Origin: Amphiscolops sp. MND2022
Taxonomy: Eukaryota
Direction of reading: 5' to 3'
Length of the DNA stretch: 64,000 nt
Assembly (NCBI GenBank): GCA_964187785.1
Contig: OZ076409.1
Span: 47,556,001-47,620,000 of the forward strand
Below the pieces are notes generated by a model that was given only the letters and a program-made list of their open reading frames with translations, made no database searches and had not been told where the DNA came from. This document shows, in pieces, positions 50,950 through 63,115 of this stretch. Positions within the stretch are counted from its first letter, which is position 1, and every line of letters starts with the position of its first letter. The position numbers and the translations under genes were made by a program.

Positions 50950-52630
50950 TTAAATCCTTCGATGAAGACTGCTGGTTTCGTTCTATTCTTGGTCCGATTG
51001 GCTTTTTAGCTCGCTTGTAATCTTCAATAACTTTTTTTGTGCTTCAGTTATTTTCCATTTTGGTGGTCTATTATCCATATTGGCACCAAAAAACAATCTT
51101 GTTCATTATGGCCCGGGGTTTTGCAACTGGGACATTTAGGTGCATCCGGGTCTTCTTCTAGTTTTCGCCGTTTGGCTAATTTACTGCAGTCGGTCATCAT
51201 GTAGCTGGCATCTTTGCAGTAACGACATTGGTCATTTTTGAGTGTTTTGCTGGGTACTGTTTTCGGAGTTTGTTTTTTGGTTTTGTCATTTTGTTTTCTG
51301 TTGGGTTTTCGGTGTTTTGTTCCTTTTCGGTAACGGTCATTTGAGTTTTGACACCGGCTTCGTCTGCCTATAGACCATTGAGTTCCATCTCTCTTTCAAG
51401 ATGTTTGACAATTTGGTCATATGAGCCGTTTTCCAGATAGGCTTGGTTGATGGATTTTTTGGGATGCGGTGGCATTTTAGCATAGAGTAGATTCTCTATC
51501 ATATGCTGTGCACTGTCATCGAAAGCTTTTTCGGCGTTTTCCTGCAAATCTTCAAGAAAATTGGGTAGTTTTTGATTTTCTGGGTCAAATGTTAGTCGAT
51601 CAAATCTATGTTTTGCCGAAGCGCTTGCTTCTGGTTTCACATACTTCCGGCGGAAGACTTTTAGGATTACTTCCAGTGTTGTTGTGGGTGTTCTTTGGAT
51701 GGTTTTGAAGATTTTTAGCGCCAGTCCTCTGAGATGTGCATGAAAGTGGTTAATCTTCATTTCTTCTGTCATATTTGGCTGCATTTTGAGGGTTGTGTGG
51801 AATAAATCCTCAAAATATTCAAATTTTTCATTCTTCTCGTTTTTTCCATTGAATGTGATTGTGATTTTAGGGTGAAAACGTGATTGTTGTAAGTTTTTAT
51901 TTGCTAGTTTTTCTATGGCCTGGGCAGTTTGGTTGACCGTGTCAAGTGGTTTTTTCATGGATGTGGAAGTGTTGCGGTCTGCGTGGGATCCTAAAGTATC
52001 CTTTAGAAGCTGGGTGTTTTGAGAGCTTTGTCAATGGAGTGGTCTGTTGGCGCCTGTCACCATGTGTAAATCCTCCTCATTGGATTCTTCGTTAAAGATA
52101 ACTGTTGCATCTAGGGTTGTATCATTTTGTTGTAGAGGTTTATCTGGATGCCTTAATTCTCTCATTTCTGAAGCTTTGAGGGGGATATCTTCGTTTTCAG
52201 AGTCTAGACTTTCATTATCAGATGCGTTAACTCAAATAGACCTCTTACCTCCTGATCCCGATGGTTGCATATTTCCCATTTCATTCATCTCTGATCGAGG
52301 ATTGATTGTCATAGATGTGCCTTTACTAGTTTTTATTTCCATCAGAATCGCATCTAATTTGTTCTCCAATTCCCCTCGCATTTTAGTGATTCTATCGGTG
52401 CTTTTCTGTTCAAAAATCTCGGTTCAGGTTTGGATTTCATTACTGACTTGGCTAGGTTCAACTAGTCTGGGTCCCAAATCAACTTCACCTAATTTTTCTT
52501 GTTTTTGCAAATTAACATTAGTTAAAGTTTCATCACCTTGGCTAGGAGTTTCAACACATATTTCACTTGTTTCTCTCTCCGGGGACGGAGTCTCTAACCT
52601 TCTGGATCTTCGATTCCTCCTGTTTCCTAT
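50950..52630 (-). pseudogene. gag: gag of element C, starting inside the 5' LTR
   Basis: One frame (with isolated stops) runs from the LTR (NRRNRRSRR) through EEDLHMVTGANRPLH*QSS into FNGKNEKNEKFEYFEDLF...HLRGLAL (capsid-like). Degenerate CxxC knuckles at ~51230-51090. Confidence 0.85.
52045..52062 (-). promoter_or_regulatory. Putative primer-binding site of element C
   Basis: TGGTGACAGGCGCC immediately after the 5' LTR end (...TTTACACA). Primer tRNA not identified. Confidence 0.55.
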
Positions 52631-53311
52631 TTTGCTCAAGAGGAAAATTGGGTTGAAGTGCAGAAAGAGTTTGAATTTGTTCGTCATTGTTGTGAAAACA
52701 ATTCGGGTGAAACAAGGAGTTATCAAGGAAACTGCTTTTGCAGTGTTTTGGTTTACTGTTTCAAAGCAACTGTCTTTGATACCAGGTATATATCATATGA
52801 CGCATATACGTCATCCAGTGTTCCGCATAGTGACGTATGATCAACTCTTATTAAAAGCACCGAAAATGCATGTTATAAGCACAAATGCACAGTGTGACGC
52901 ATATACGTCACTCGGATTACCGCATAATGACGCATACTATCAACACTAAACTCACATATTAACGTGTCATTGACAATCTGTTCACAATATTAGTTCAAAG
53001 ATAGCATCAAACCATTCTAAATCCAAAGTTTGATATTGCATATGATCAATCATGTCAACAAAAGATGAAAGCATCAATGTTTAGGCACTTGTTAAATTAT
53101 GAGCGTTGCACTATTAAGACTAAAATCTTACATGACTTTTCCGAAACACGAACTGAAAACTAAAGCAACATGAAAAGTAAAAATAGAGAAGTTTCGGAAT
53201 GTTTAAGAGTTTCAGGTCTTTAAGTTGCTCGTCTTTCCTTTTGGAGATGATGTACTGTTCTCGTTTAGGGTTGTTGCCCAACAGCTCCAGCACAACTGTG
53301 GGGTTGTGACA
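52063..53311 (-). repeat. 5' LTR of element C
   Basis: Direct repeat of 39518-40965, about 200 bp shorter in the middle. Confidence 0.9.
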
Positions 53312-53482
53312 GTCCTTATCACAAAGAAATCCTTCAATGTACTGTAGTAACCAATACATATTCACATATACATTCACACACGGGTGCATATATCTGGTTA
53401 ACATAACGACATATAAGTACAGTCATTCATGACTAACTCCATTAACGCTCAAATGCGCAATACCACAAATTGTGTACTTTCA

Positions 53483-53732
53483 GGTGCCTGGACAATACGC
53501 CCAAAGACAATACGCCCAAAGACAATACGCCCAAGGACATTACGCCCAAAGACAATACGCCCAAAGCGGACATTACGCCCAAAGCGGACTATACGCCCAA
53601 AGCGGACACCACGCCCAATAATTATACATACAACAGTCTTTCAAATTTTTGGACGTAATGTCAACTTTGGGCGAAATGTCCCTGGGCGTAATGTCCTTGG
53701 GCGTATTGTTCTTTGGCGTTAGGTTCTACAAC
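53483..53732. mobile_element. MITE-like element with inverted arrays of 15/18-bp repeats
   Basis: Seven (GC)GGACAATACGCCCAAA-type units on the left, 4-5 inverted TTGGGCGTAATGTCC units on the right, GG...CC ends. Confidence 0.6.
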
Positions 53733-54072
53733 CCATCAGTCCTAGAACCGTACTTTCACACCAGCAAAATGAGACACTATGAGTGGTTGATGCAGTCACG
53801 TGACACAAATTTGTGTCGAAGCTTGCTTTTACTGAGCCAACGACATAATATTTTGTACCATTACGCCAGCCAGTTGCTTTCATCATTATTGATTTTCTGT
53901 AAACCAACTCTGAAACAAAGGTATTGTAAAGCTTCAATTGCCCCTTTTTTACACCACAAACGTTCGTATCACCAATTTTCAGGAGAACTGCAAAATGAGC
54001 GAATACTACGATGATCATTCCGAGAGTCTTCCCGATATCTTAGCGAATTAACGAGTCCGGTTAAGGCACTTA

Positions 54073-54203
54073 CGAGAGAAGGTTACCCCTAACAAAAAAG
54101 GAAGAGAGCGACGTGAACACGTTGAGTACTGAGACATCTTGTCTCAGTACTCAACGTGTTCACGTCGCTCTCTTCCTTTTTTGTTAAGGGTAACCTTCTC
54201 TCG
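54073..54203. repeat. Near-perfect palindrome (64-bp arms, 3-nt loop)
   Basis: 54073-54136 is the reverse complement of 54140-54203 with one mismatch. Confidence 0.95.
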
Positions 54204-54944
54204 GATGATCCAGTTATTCTGACAATTGGACTCCAGCTGGTTACTGTAGAAGTTGGACATTATTTCAGAAAGTACAAACTAAAATGCACCATGATTTGCA
54301 GTCTTCTCGAAAAACACCTTTGCACTTCATGAGTGGTAATGGTTCCAGGTGTTTTTGTTGAGACCCGATCAGGCATTACAAAAGACCAAAATTTCATAAA
54401 ATACAAACTACAAACTGTAGCATCTGCACCTTTCTCAAAACTCTAACGGAAAATCATTAATCACGTATAGCTGTTGTAGTTTGTAAAGCTGTAAAACGCG
54501 GGCAGATCCAACACCTCTACACAACACGGATTGTAGATATGAAAGTTATAAAAAACACGAGAGACTCTTTACATCAAGTTTACCAAACTTGATCCATTCA
54601 TTCAAGTCACGAACTGCAGTGTTGAACTAGTTACAAAATAGTAAGTATTCCGTCTCGATTTCGAATCTGCTTCGTAAACTGTCACTCGCCCCATCATTTT
54701 GACCACCATCGTCGACAAATCAGATCTTAAATTGTTTTGCCGGAATGAAAGTGAATAAAAAATGGCCACTGAGACACAGAATACCCTTGCTTCTTGTTCG
54801 ATCTGAATGACCTTATGTTTTAGCCATAGCAGCTTCCAAAAAACCTCGACGAATGCATGCATTAACTGAAATACTTCCGTGAAAAAGTTCATTACGGGGC
54901 CAAAGTGGGAAACACGTGAACTACAACGATTTCGTTGTAGTAAT

Positions 54945-55185
54945 TTTTGAATTCTTGAACTAATGGTAATACATACAAATTTCAAGAATCGAGAAAAGCT
55001 AAGCGAAAGCAAGTTGGGATTTTTCTCGATTCTTGAATTAAATATAATGCATAGCATGCAAGAATCGAGAAAAGTTTCAAGAACCGAGAAAAACAGCTTC
55101 TTGAAACTTTCTCGATTCTTGAATTTTACGTTGATTCTTAAAATTTATATGAATTCTTGAAAATTATATGTCAATTCTTCAAAAC
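54945..55185. repeat. Cluster of direct and inverted TCAAGAATCGAGAAA motifs
   Basis: Motif occurs in both orientations about 5 times. Resembles DNA-transposon subterminal repeats. Termini not found. Confidence 0.5.
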
Positions 55186-55552
55186 TTTCCATTCCTGGTT
55201 ACGAAACCTGCACTAAACCATTTTAAAATGATTGCACAAAAAGAGGAACATTACGATACATATGCCGCAACGAACTAGCGAGATCTTGCTAGTTCGCTTA
55301 ACAGCCAATAAAAACGCTTTCTAATTTCAGGTTTTGAAAGAGCAAAGGGTAGTCACTTTGAGATTTCTTGGCAAAATTCATTTTTTTCTAAAATTTATAA
55401 CCGAAATTTTTACCATCATATTTAATAAAAGCGTAGCGTTTTGTGAGCACATAGGGCCCTTTACGGTTCTTCGGTACTATGCGACAATTTTAGAAAAAAC
55501 ACATTCTTTGGTTTTTAGAAAAGATTTTAGTTCCGGTTTCTAGTTCACAAGG

Positions 55553-57277
55553 TATCGAGAGTGTTCTCTAGGTTTTCATTCTCATTGTAACCTCTAGGAA
55601 ACCCATCTCTTGAACTGCTCCTGAATCTACGGTCCAAGGCTTCTTCAGATCTACAACCCGGTCTTCTGGCCGGAACTTCCCACCTTCTCTCATTGACCTG
55701 TTCGTGTCCGGATCTCAACGTATCTTGAGTTTGGGGGAAGATTTGTTCGTTTATTGCCTCGTTTGTGGCTCTTTGTATCTGCGAGCTCACGCTACTCATA
55801 AGATCACACATTTCTTGGTTTAATTCTCCTGACAATCTGTTGATTCCACTGCTGAAATCAATTTCTATCAAATATGGGCCATTTTGGGAATAGCCCCTAA
55901 TCTCACCTTCCCGGGAGTTGCAGTGAGAATTAGTATCTTTATTTATCAAGGAGATATAACTAGGACTATTGGGCCTTCTGACAGAATTACCTTTCACTTT
56001 CGTCTTTTTCTAGGTGGTTTTCACCCAACATTATGTCACGTTTTTCAATATAAGATAACATATCTGTTCCTCTATATTTCCTAGCTTTCCTTTGCTTTCT
56101 TGTAGTAGGCATCAAAAAAACCCGATTGTATATAGTGAGTTATTTTAATCGGAAAACATAAATTGGAAACAGTTCAAACAGTCACAAGTTTTGTGATCGT
56201 TGTCTCCGCTCGGGGAGTAGAGAGTATATATACTCCCGTCTACATGATACTCACATTTTTTTTTTACAAATTTGAACAAGTAGGACTCCATACCAATTTT
56301 TACATTTTATGAGAACATCATAGAGTTCAATGGCCAATTCCTAAACCAGATCTTGATCGGACCATTTGACCAGTGTCAAAGCAACAAAGGAACGTGATTG
56401 TTTATATCACATGACGTCTCAAATATCGTCTTGAATGAAGCAGCAAACACCAATAGGCGGCAAAACACATCAAACAGTCATTACACTCTAAGAATCACAG
56501 AAATATAAACATCCTTCTGTGAGCACGTGCCTGCACCCGCAGGCTGATGAATATTTCATTTGAACTGCAACAATTTCACACGTTAAGCTCCTGGAATATC
56601 ATGACCAGAAAGGGCCTTTAGAGCAGTCCTGGTTTTTACAGCTCAACCAGAGTAGGATTAAATTCATATACTTTACATATGTGACAACAACAAACAACAG
56701 ACTATTACTTACAAATATTGTTTATCAAAATGTATGGAAAGGAACAAATCAAGCACTTCTTAGTTAACGTTACATTATTACTGACTAAATAAGGCACTCT
56801 GAATAATTAAAAGGTATCGGCCGAAACCAGCTGTTTGACGTAAGTACTTTAGTAGCAGCCTTGTTTGGTCAAATGGCGCTAGTCGGCATTGTGAAGTAAT
56901 ACTGCAAAGTAATACAATATATACATCCTGCATTCTGATTGGTTGACTGTTTGTAGCAAGCTACGACGCCGAGAAAGGACGTTTGCGCATTTGAACGCGT
57001 TTCCTTTACATTGTACTGTAGCTCTTTATGTTGCATTCAATTTCCGCGTTACAATCACATCCAAATCAATCATCAAACAATTGTTAACAGACTAATACTC
57101 TAAAATCTAGTTTTAACAAGTTGTGAATCTAACCGCGTGTACTATATTAAGGCAAACAGTTTTGGTGTCTAATAACAAACGTTTTAGTTCAATAAATGGG
57201 GAGAGTCCCCGGTGCAGTTTCCTGGTAATCTGCGGAGGTTGTATATCTGATTCCGTCACGGGCGGCAGCCTGCGACA
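55553..57277 (-). mobile_element. Solo LTR of the A-related group with gag-N ORF
   Basis: On -, starts TGTCGCAGGCTGCCGCC. ORF 55545..55997 (INRLSGELNQEM...SSVSSQIQRA) runs to the LTR end. Flanks CAAGG / TAAGA match only 3/5. Confidence 0.75.
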
Positions 57278-57490
57278 TAAGAGTGACTATTTTTAGTCAT
57301 ATGTGACTGATGAGAGTTTTTCAAAATAGTGAAGAAGTGCTACACCTTCCTTCGACACTGTACCACTTTTTTTGGTTAGGCTATAACATTGTGAAGTCCA
57401 AGATACTGAAACACTTCAACAAGTTTTCTACACTTCAAGTTCAACTTCTCTTAATCATTAAAATAACAAGCCAATTCTAACTCAAGGTAA

Positions 57491-57965
57491 AACAACCCGG
57501 GAACGGCCCAATTCGGCGCTATATCTAAGGCTCAAAAAAAGCAAAAAGACTTCAAAGTTTAAAGGGTTCTCGTCTACAGTAGCCGCATGAGGAAAAAAAC
57601 TTTTTTGAATTTTTTGAATTATTTCTTGGTCTTCGGTAAGTCGCATAGTGCCGAAAAATGTAAAAGGGGGCCCTTGGGGATGTTTTGAATATCCATTCTT
57701 TAGCCAAAAAAAAATTTAAGGGGACACTATGGAGACATTTTCAAAGTTTGCGAAAAAAAACTTTGGTCATGGGCGGGACTCGAACGCACGTCCCTCAAAA
57801 AAAGCCTAATTAACCTCTATGTCACGCGCCAGTGGAAGTAGTGTGGCAGTTAGTGTTAGTGCAAGTCAGCTTATAAAGCCTATAAAATCTGTCAGTTCGT
57901 TGGTCTTAAAACAAGAAAAGTCACAGCAATAGTCTGCGTTTTCTACGGAAAGCACCAACTAAAAA
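57491..57965 (-). mobile_element. DINE-1/HINE-like repeat copy
   Basis: ACAACCCGGGAACGGCCCAATTCGGCGCT...AAGCACCAACTAAAA. Colinear with the 6966-9625 copy minus its LTR insertion. Confidence 0.6.
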
Positions 57966-58309
57966 ACATCTTTTTTTAAAAAAAACGAAAATTCATTGAA
58001 GTTTACAGTGCCGGAAAATAACGAAAGGGGCACCCATAAAACTCAAAAGCCGTTTTTCCCAAGTCGAAACATCAAAAACAATTTTAAAAAGAGATTTTTC
58101 GAAAAATTATTACCGGAAGGAAGTTTTTCTTACTTTTTTCCACAATTATCGGAAAACTATCAACAGTTCCACAGGATCAAATTATAAATGTTTTGTACAT
58201 GCAAAAACAAACATTTTCGTGAAAATTTTTATCGAAAGACACTTTATCTACTTAACAGCGACAAAATTACCCGAAATATCATAAAACCCTAACGTTGAAA
58301 CAAAAGTCA

Positions 58310-58844
58310 TTTTTAGTCGGCGCCTTTTCCCTCAAGGAAAAAAGCCCGACTATTACAGTGGGTAGTTTTTTTTCTTTTTCAGCCTACAATCTCACTCTGA
58401 ATGGTCCATTTTTACAATTTGTTCATCTGTTCTGTTGTTCATCTTCGACTAAATTTCTGAAGCCGGAGAGCGGGGGTTCGATTCTCGCACTAAACCATAA
58501 TATTTTTATGCTTCCAAAAGTACAGCAGGTGAGACCAAAGGGTCCCCCCTTTGGGTTTTTTTTCAGCACTATGCGACTTTTTTTTCGAAAATTTTCGGAT
58601 TCTATCAAAGGGTAACCCCTTGCATTTTTTTAAAGTTTTCGGTTTGTAAAAGCGTTTAATGAGCCTGAATAGGCTCTTTTTGAGTTTTTCGGCATTGTGC
58701 GACTTTCTAAAAAAAATACTTTTTTCGAAAAAAAAAATCAAAAGTTTTTTTTTGAAAAAAAATTTCCAAATGTTTCCAATAGTTGTTCTTTGAATATTTT
58801 TGAGCCTTAGATTTGGCGCCGACTTGAGACGATCCCGTCTTGTT
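58310..58844 (+). mobile_element. DINE-1/HINE-like repeat copy
   Basis: TTTTTAGTCGGCGCC ... GGCGCCGACTTGAGACGATCCCGTCTTGTT. Confidence 0.6.
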
Positions 58845-59199
58845 CATTTTTCCGAAAAGACCTCTTCTTTCTGAAAAACTCAAATGGAAATTGTCTAAGT
58901 CCGTTAAACGTTTTTTTCCCAAAAATTTTCATGAAATTGAGAGGGGACCATTTGACTGGAAACTTCGTATCGAAAAAACCACTGACGAAAAATTCTCAAT
59001 TTTCCAGAGGAAACTGTGGTTGTTCCATATGTGTTGCAAAAAATACCATCAGTGCCAGAGGACCAAAAATAACAGTAAGAGGTCATCCTTAGGACTTGAA
59101 AAATGATTATCTTTACCGGATACTTCAAAAAATTAAAAAGAAAATGACAAATTTTCCAAAAACGCGATTTTTTTTACAAAAAACTTGTTTTAAACATGT

Positions 59200-62100
59200 G
59201 GTAGTTCGTATTATGCCAAAAAACAATGTAACCTAATTCGAAAAACTAACAGCTGGTACGAAACATACGAATGAGAATGGAGCATCTACAGAATTGAAAA
59301 GATCATTAGAACATTCGACAAAGGTACTTGACAACGACATTGAAAAAACAGTAATGACAAAGAACTAATAGTTTACACCGTGTCCTCCATCTCAGTAATG
59401 CTGGCAAACAATAACATCATAAAAGCAACAAAGAGACGAAAAGTGAAACAGTGGTACCAGGATGTGAATAAGAAGAAAATAAACCTCCACTACACATCCG
59501 ATTTACAAAATAAACTAAAGGTGCAATCACACATTACCAAGAGAGTTGATGGAACGCCACTACTCAGGAAAGACTGGATAAAGAACGCCAAACTATGCAT
59601 AGGAATCAACCGGTTGGACGAGAACAGTCAATCGGAGAAGCAGCGAGTCATCAGCAAAACTCCGGAACTACTCCAAAACAACACCAGTATAAGAGAAGCC
59701 GGTCTGAATGTACAACCTAGGAAGATTTATTATCCCGTAAAACAAAAGCAAGAGACAAATCCTTATATATTTATCAATTGATGTTGAAAAAGAGAGAGAG
59801 AGAGCTACAATTTTTTGTAGACACTTGGTACGGATAAAACATGTCGACGAAGATTGTTCCGTCTCCCTGGAAGTAACACGGAGGAAAAAATTCTCAGTGG
59901 AAAGTGCTTCAGACTTGCGGAAACCATACAATAATTTGCATCAGACCACTTATGCCGAATAGAGAAGAACTGCTGATTTGATCTTCGGAGAAAAAATATG
60001 ACTCAAGATATCGAAACGACACGTAGAGATGGAAAAGGAGACTTCAATGACATTGAGGAAACGTTAACGAAAGAGCAGTGCTGAGCGATTTTACGCGAGA
60101 GCAGCGTCAACATCGTGGCAACCGACGCAATCCCAACTTGCCTCAGAATAACCTCGTGGCAGAAGCAGTTTAATGTAGAAAAGAAAACATCTTTCGGGAG
60201 TCGAGTCTTAAACGACAATGAAAGGAAAATATTCAATTAGAGAAAAGATATAGACTAGATATAAAAAAGATAAAGCAGTGGTTTCGGTGTTAGAAAGTTT
60301 TTGAATTTGATTTATACGGATTTTGACTTCTACGAAAAAAACCTGTTTTCTACATCTCGACCACCGAATAGTTCATCCTTCGAATTAAAGGTAGGCATGA
60401 CTAACCAGTATATAAAGCGGGTAGTATTTTGAAATTCACTGATTTTGGTTAGTAGAAATCCTGTCGAGGAAGCCACTGCCTAAAACATTTATGATCAGCA
60501 ATTCGTAAATATTAGTTTCTGGTAATAAGTCAAAATAATTTTAAATACAAGAGAACATTTGAGAACCAGTCGCAAAATGAGCGAGAAACCACAGCCTCAC
60601 ACGAACCGAAAACCATTAACCAATTAAAATACAATAGGACGTTCGTGGAAACCCGAAGCGTGAACAGCAGTTCTGATCAACTGGAAAATAATCGTAGAAA
60701 AAATCAAACACGTGATTTGCTGCCATCGTACAAAACTTTTTTCGTCTCGAACAAAAAAATGAATGGAAACATCCACTGAGGTGAGACTACCAAGATTATG
60801 GAGATAACACGGTGAAACCATTAGAGTTCCGAGTCGTTTCGGGGTGGGAGATGATTCGACATTTCGCGACCTGGCATGTTGCGACGGAGATATGACCAGA
60901 GTTCTACACAAAAAAATTGGTTCCCCGAAAAGTCAAACAACTGAAGTCGGAAAGAAATCGCCAGGGTAAATGGGGAGCTCCTCGACAAAGCGATTGGGCT
61001 GTTGGCCGTTTGAAGAATCTCAGGCAGAAGTAGAAGAGCCACATACAAAAGAAGAGCCGATTGATTCGGGACGCAAAGGTGAAAACGAAATGATGCGAAA
61101 AACCATTTTTTTAAAGAGGATCTATGGACCTACAATACCGAAGGCAATGAAGCACACCATGTGCAAATCAACACAGTATCATGAAAACTGCTGGAGAGCA
61201 AAACCCCGACAGAACAATGCATTAAGAGAGCGGAATATGACTTCATTTTAGAAGTAAAAACATTGGCCGCCAAGTCAGCCACGGATGCAGAACTCAAAAG
61301 AGTCACAAATGCATAAAAAAGAGGGGACTGCCAAACCGCAGGTTCAAAATGTTTGGCTTTCTCCATAACTTTTACGATTATGCAATTTACAGGAAAAAGC
61401 TGTTAGGATTTCATGTCCCTGTGAGGCAAGTTTTTAAAATCATCAACATTCCTTTTTGGTACTTGGTAACTGAAGGTCGGGTCTCCCGCAGTTTCTTCAC
61501 AACTTGCTGAGCACACATTATTTGTCATCATTGAATGTGAGGGGCCTCGTCTGTTTGAGAGCATCCCAGCGGTTCACTAGTTTTGCTCCCGTCATATAAA
61601 TTCAGTATATGGTCATTGGTGAAAAACTTGTAGATCATCCGAAACAAAAACGTACTGATTTTTGTGAACAAACTTCAATTGACGGAAAGTATTAAACCGG
61701 ACAAAGGCGTTCATTCCGAGAAATTATTTGATGTCTGCAAATCACCGATTATATAAACAGAAGATTGTACTACAAGATTACATATCACATCGGGTGCGTA
61801 AAGCGAGCCATACAAACAATGAAAAACCTTAATTTTCACGACTTTAGAACATGATATCTGCCTAACCGAATGTGTAAAACAGTATATTGAACCAAATGCA
61901 ATTTACAATAAACACGGGCCTGAAAACGCAACTTTAAATGCACCACGGTATAAAACCACAAACCGAATTAGCAAACCTAAATGAAATCATTTCTAATTGT
62001 TGTGAACTGTCTGTTACAGCGGAAAGGGAGACAAAAAGACCGATCTATTTGTCCCAGAAAAGCAACTGGGAGTTGTCCAACTACATCAATATGGCCCAAA

Positions 62101-62650
62101 CAAACCGGACGAGGAAACACTTAACGAAAAGTCTCCCAAAAAGAAAGTTTCAATTGGTCGATATCCTTTCATTGGCGATATCCTATCACATAAGAAAACC
62201 CTAGAAGTGCGACTCCACTAAAAATTTACCAATTCGCTGTATGCAGGGTCGGCCATACCAAAACTACCGCTACCAGGAATGTCATTAACCTAAAATTTAT
62301 TTCTGGTCCATTTACATTAACGAACGAAAGAAGAAAAGTCAGAGGTATCATCAAACCAAAGAATAGACATTGCTTGGGAGGGTTGGATGGTAAATACAGT
62401 TGAATGAGATCTTGCGAAACATTTTGATTGGTAAATTGCAAATCATTCTGAATGAAACAGACGAAGCTGATTCAGACACGAGAAGCGAGGTAAGCGAGAT
62501 TCAGAAGGAGGAAGATAGTGATTTTGAGAATGACAACACCTCAGGAAGGAACAGCTCTAACCCGATCTGGACAAACTCGAGATAGGTATCCAATCAACCC
62601 ACCAACGGTCAACTAAATACCGTCAAGAGCAACGAAACAAAATATGTAAA
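59200..62650 (+). pseudogene. Highly degenerate gypsy pol relic
   Basis: PLLRKDW...ELLQNNTSIRE...YPVKQK (PR-RT linker-like). LNDNERKYSI-like RNase H segment at ~60210. Integrase-like remnants at ~61500-61980. Many stops and frameshifts. Confidence 0.5.
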
Positions 62651-63067
62651 CCGAAAAACAAAATACTAGGCACTCCCGTCGTGAAAGTGAAAAGATGGAT
62701 AGGTACTGGAGGGTTACACAAGAACCTTTTGTGAAAGAAATAAAGTTAATGAGTGTTCACATGAGAACGTTAGAGATGCCGAAAATACATGTCCGAACCA
62801 ATGTCGAAACCCGCCGATTTTGTACGGGAGCAGAACCCTACGCCGAGGCATCAATGATGTAGTATGAAGAAATGTAATAGAGCGATTGAAATGACGCAAT
62901 CTATTTCTGAACAACTACTGGTATAAAGTGTATCAAGTTTGAAATTGCCTTGCTTCATTGCGAAAGCCTTTGTTAAAACGAGACAGTCTATTAATCTAAA
63001 TTCATCGTTCATCAATTCACATCCATTCCTTCAATTCGTTTTACATTCATTGAGTTCCACGTCAACG

Positions 63068-63080
63068 TGGCGCTGCGAGC
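63068..63080 (+). promoter_or_regulatory. PBS (tRNA-Ser-like)
   Basis: TGGCGCTGCGAGC just upstream of gag resembles the complement of eukaryotic tRNA-Ser 3' ends. Confidence 0.6.
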
Positions 63081-63115
63081 TGAAAATTCAGCGCATTCTT
63101 CATCATCATCTTCAC

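Larger units (their letters stand above)
39518..53311 (-). mobile_element. Gypsy LTR retrotransposon C (13.8 kb, both LTRs, TSD GTCCT, integrase core deleted)
   Basis: Direct-repeat LTRs at 39518-40965 and 52063-53311 with TG...CA ends. GTCCT at 39513-39517 and 53312-53316. gag-PR-RT-RH on -, antisense gene on +, ORF3 on -. Confidence 0.9.

Noticed and set aside
52055..52062. TGTCAC at 52055 as the LTR terminus (perfect inverted match to GTGACA)
   Set aside because: LTR-LTR homology and the GTCCT TSD put the boundary at 52063/39518. The 8 nt belong to the PBS.
52047..52949. Longest ORF in the track (300 aa, +)
   Set aside because: Antisense shadow of the LTR-encoded gag N-terminus. It is broken in the other LTR and has no motifs.
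53429..53722. ORF with TIRPK repeats, or a CRISPR-like array
   Set aside because: Translation of 15/18-bp tandem repeats with no unique spacers and no cas genes. The inverted arrays indicate a MITE.
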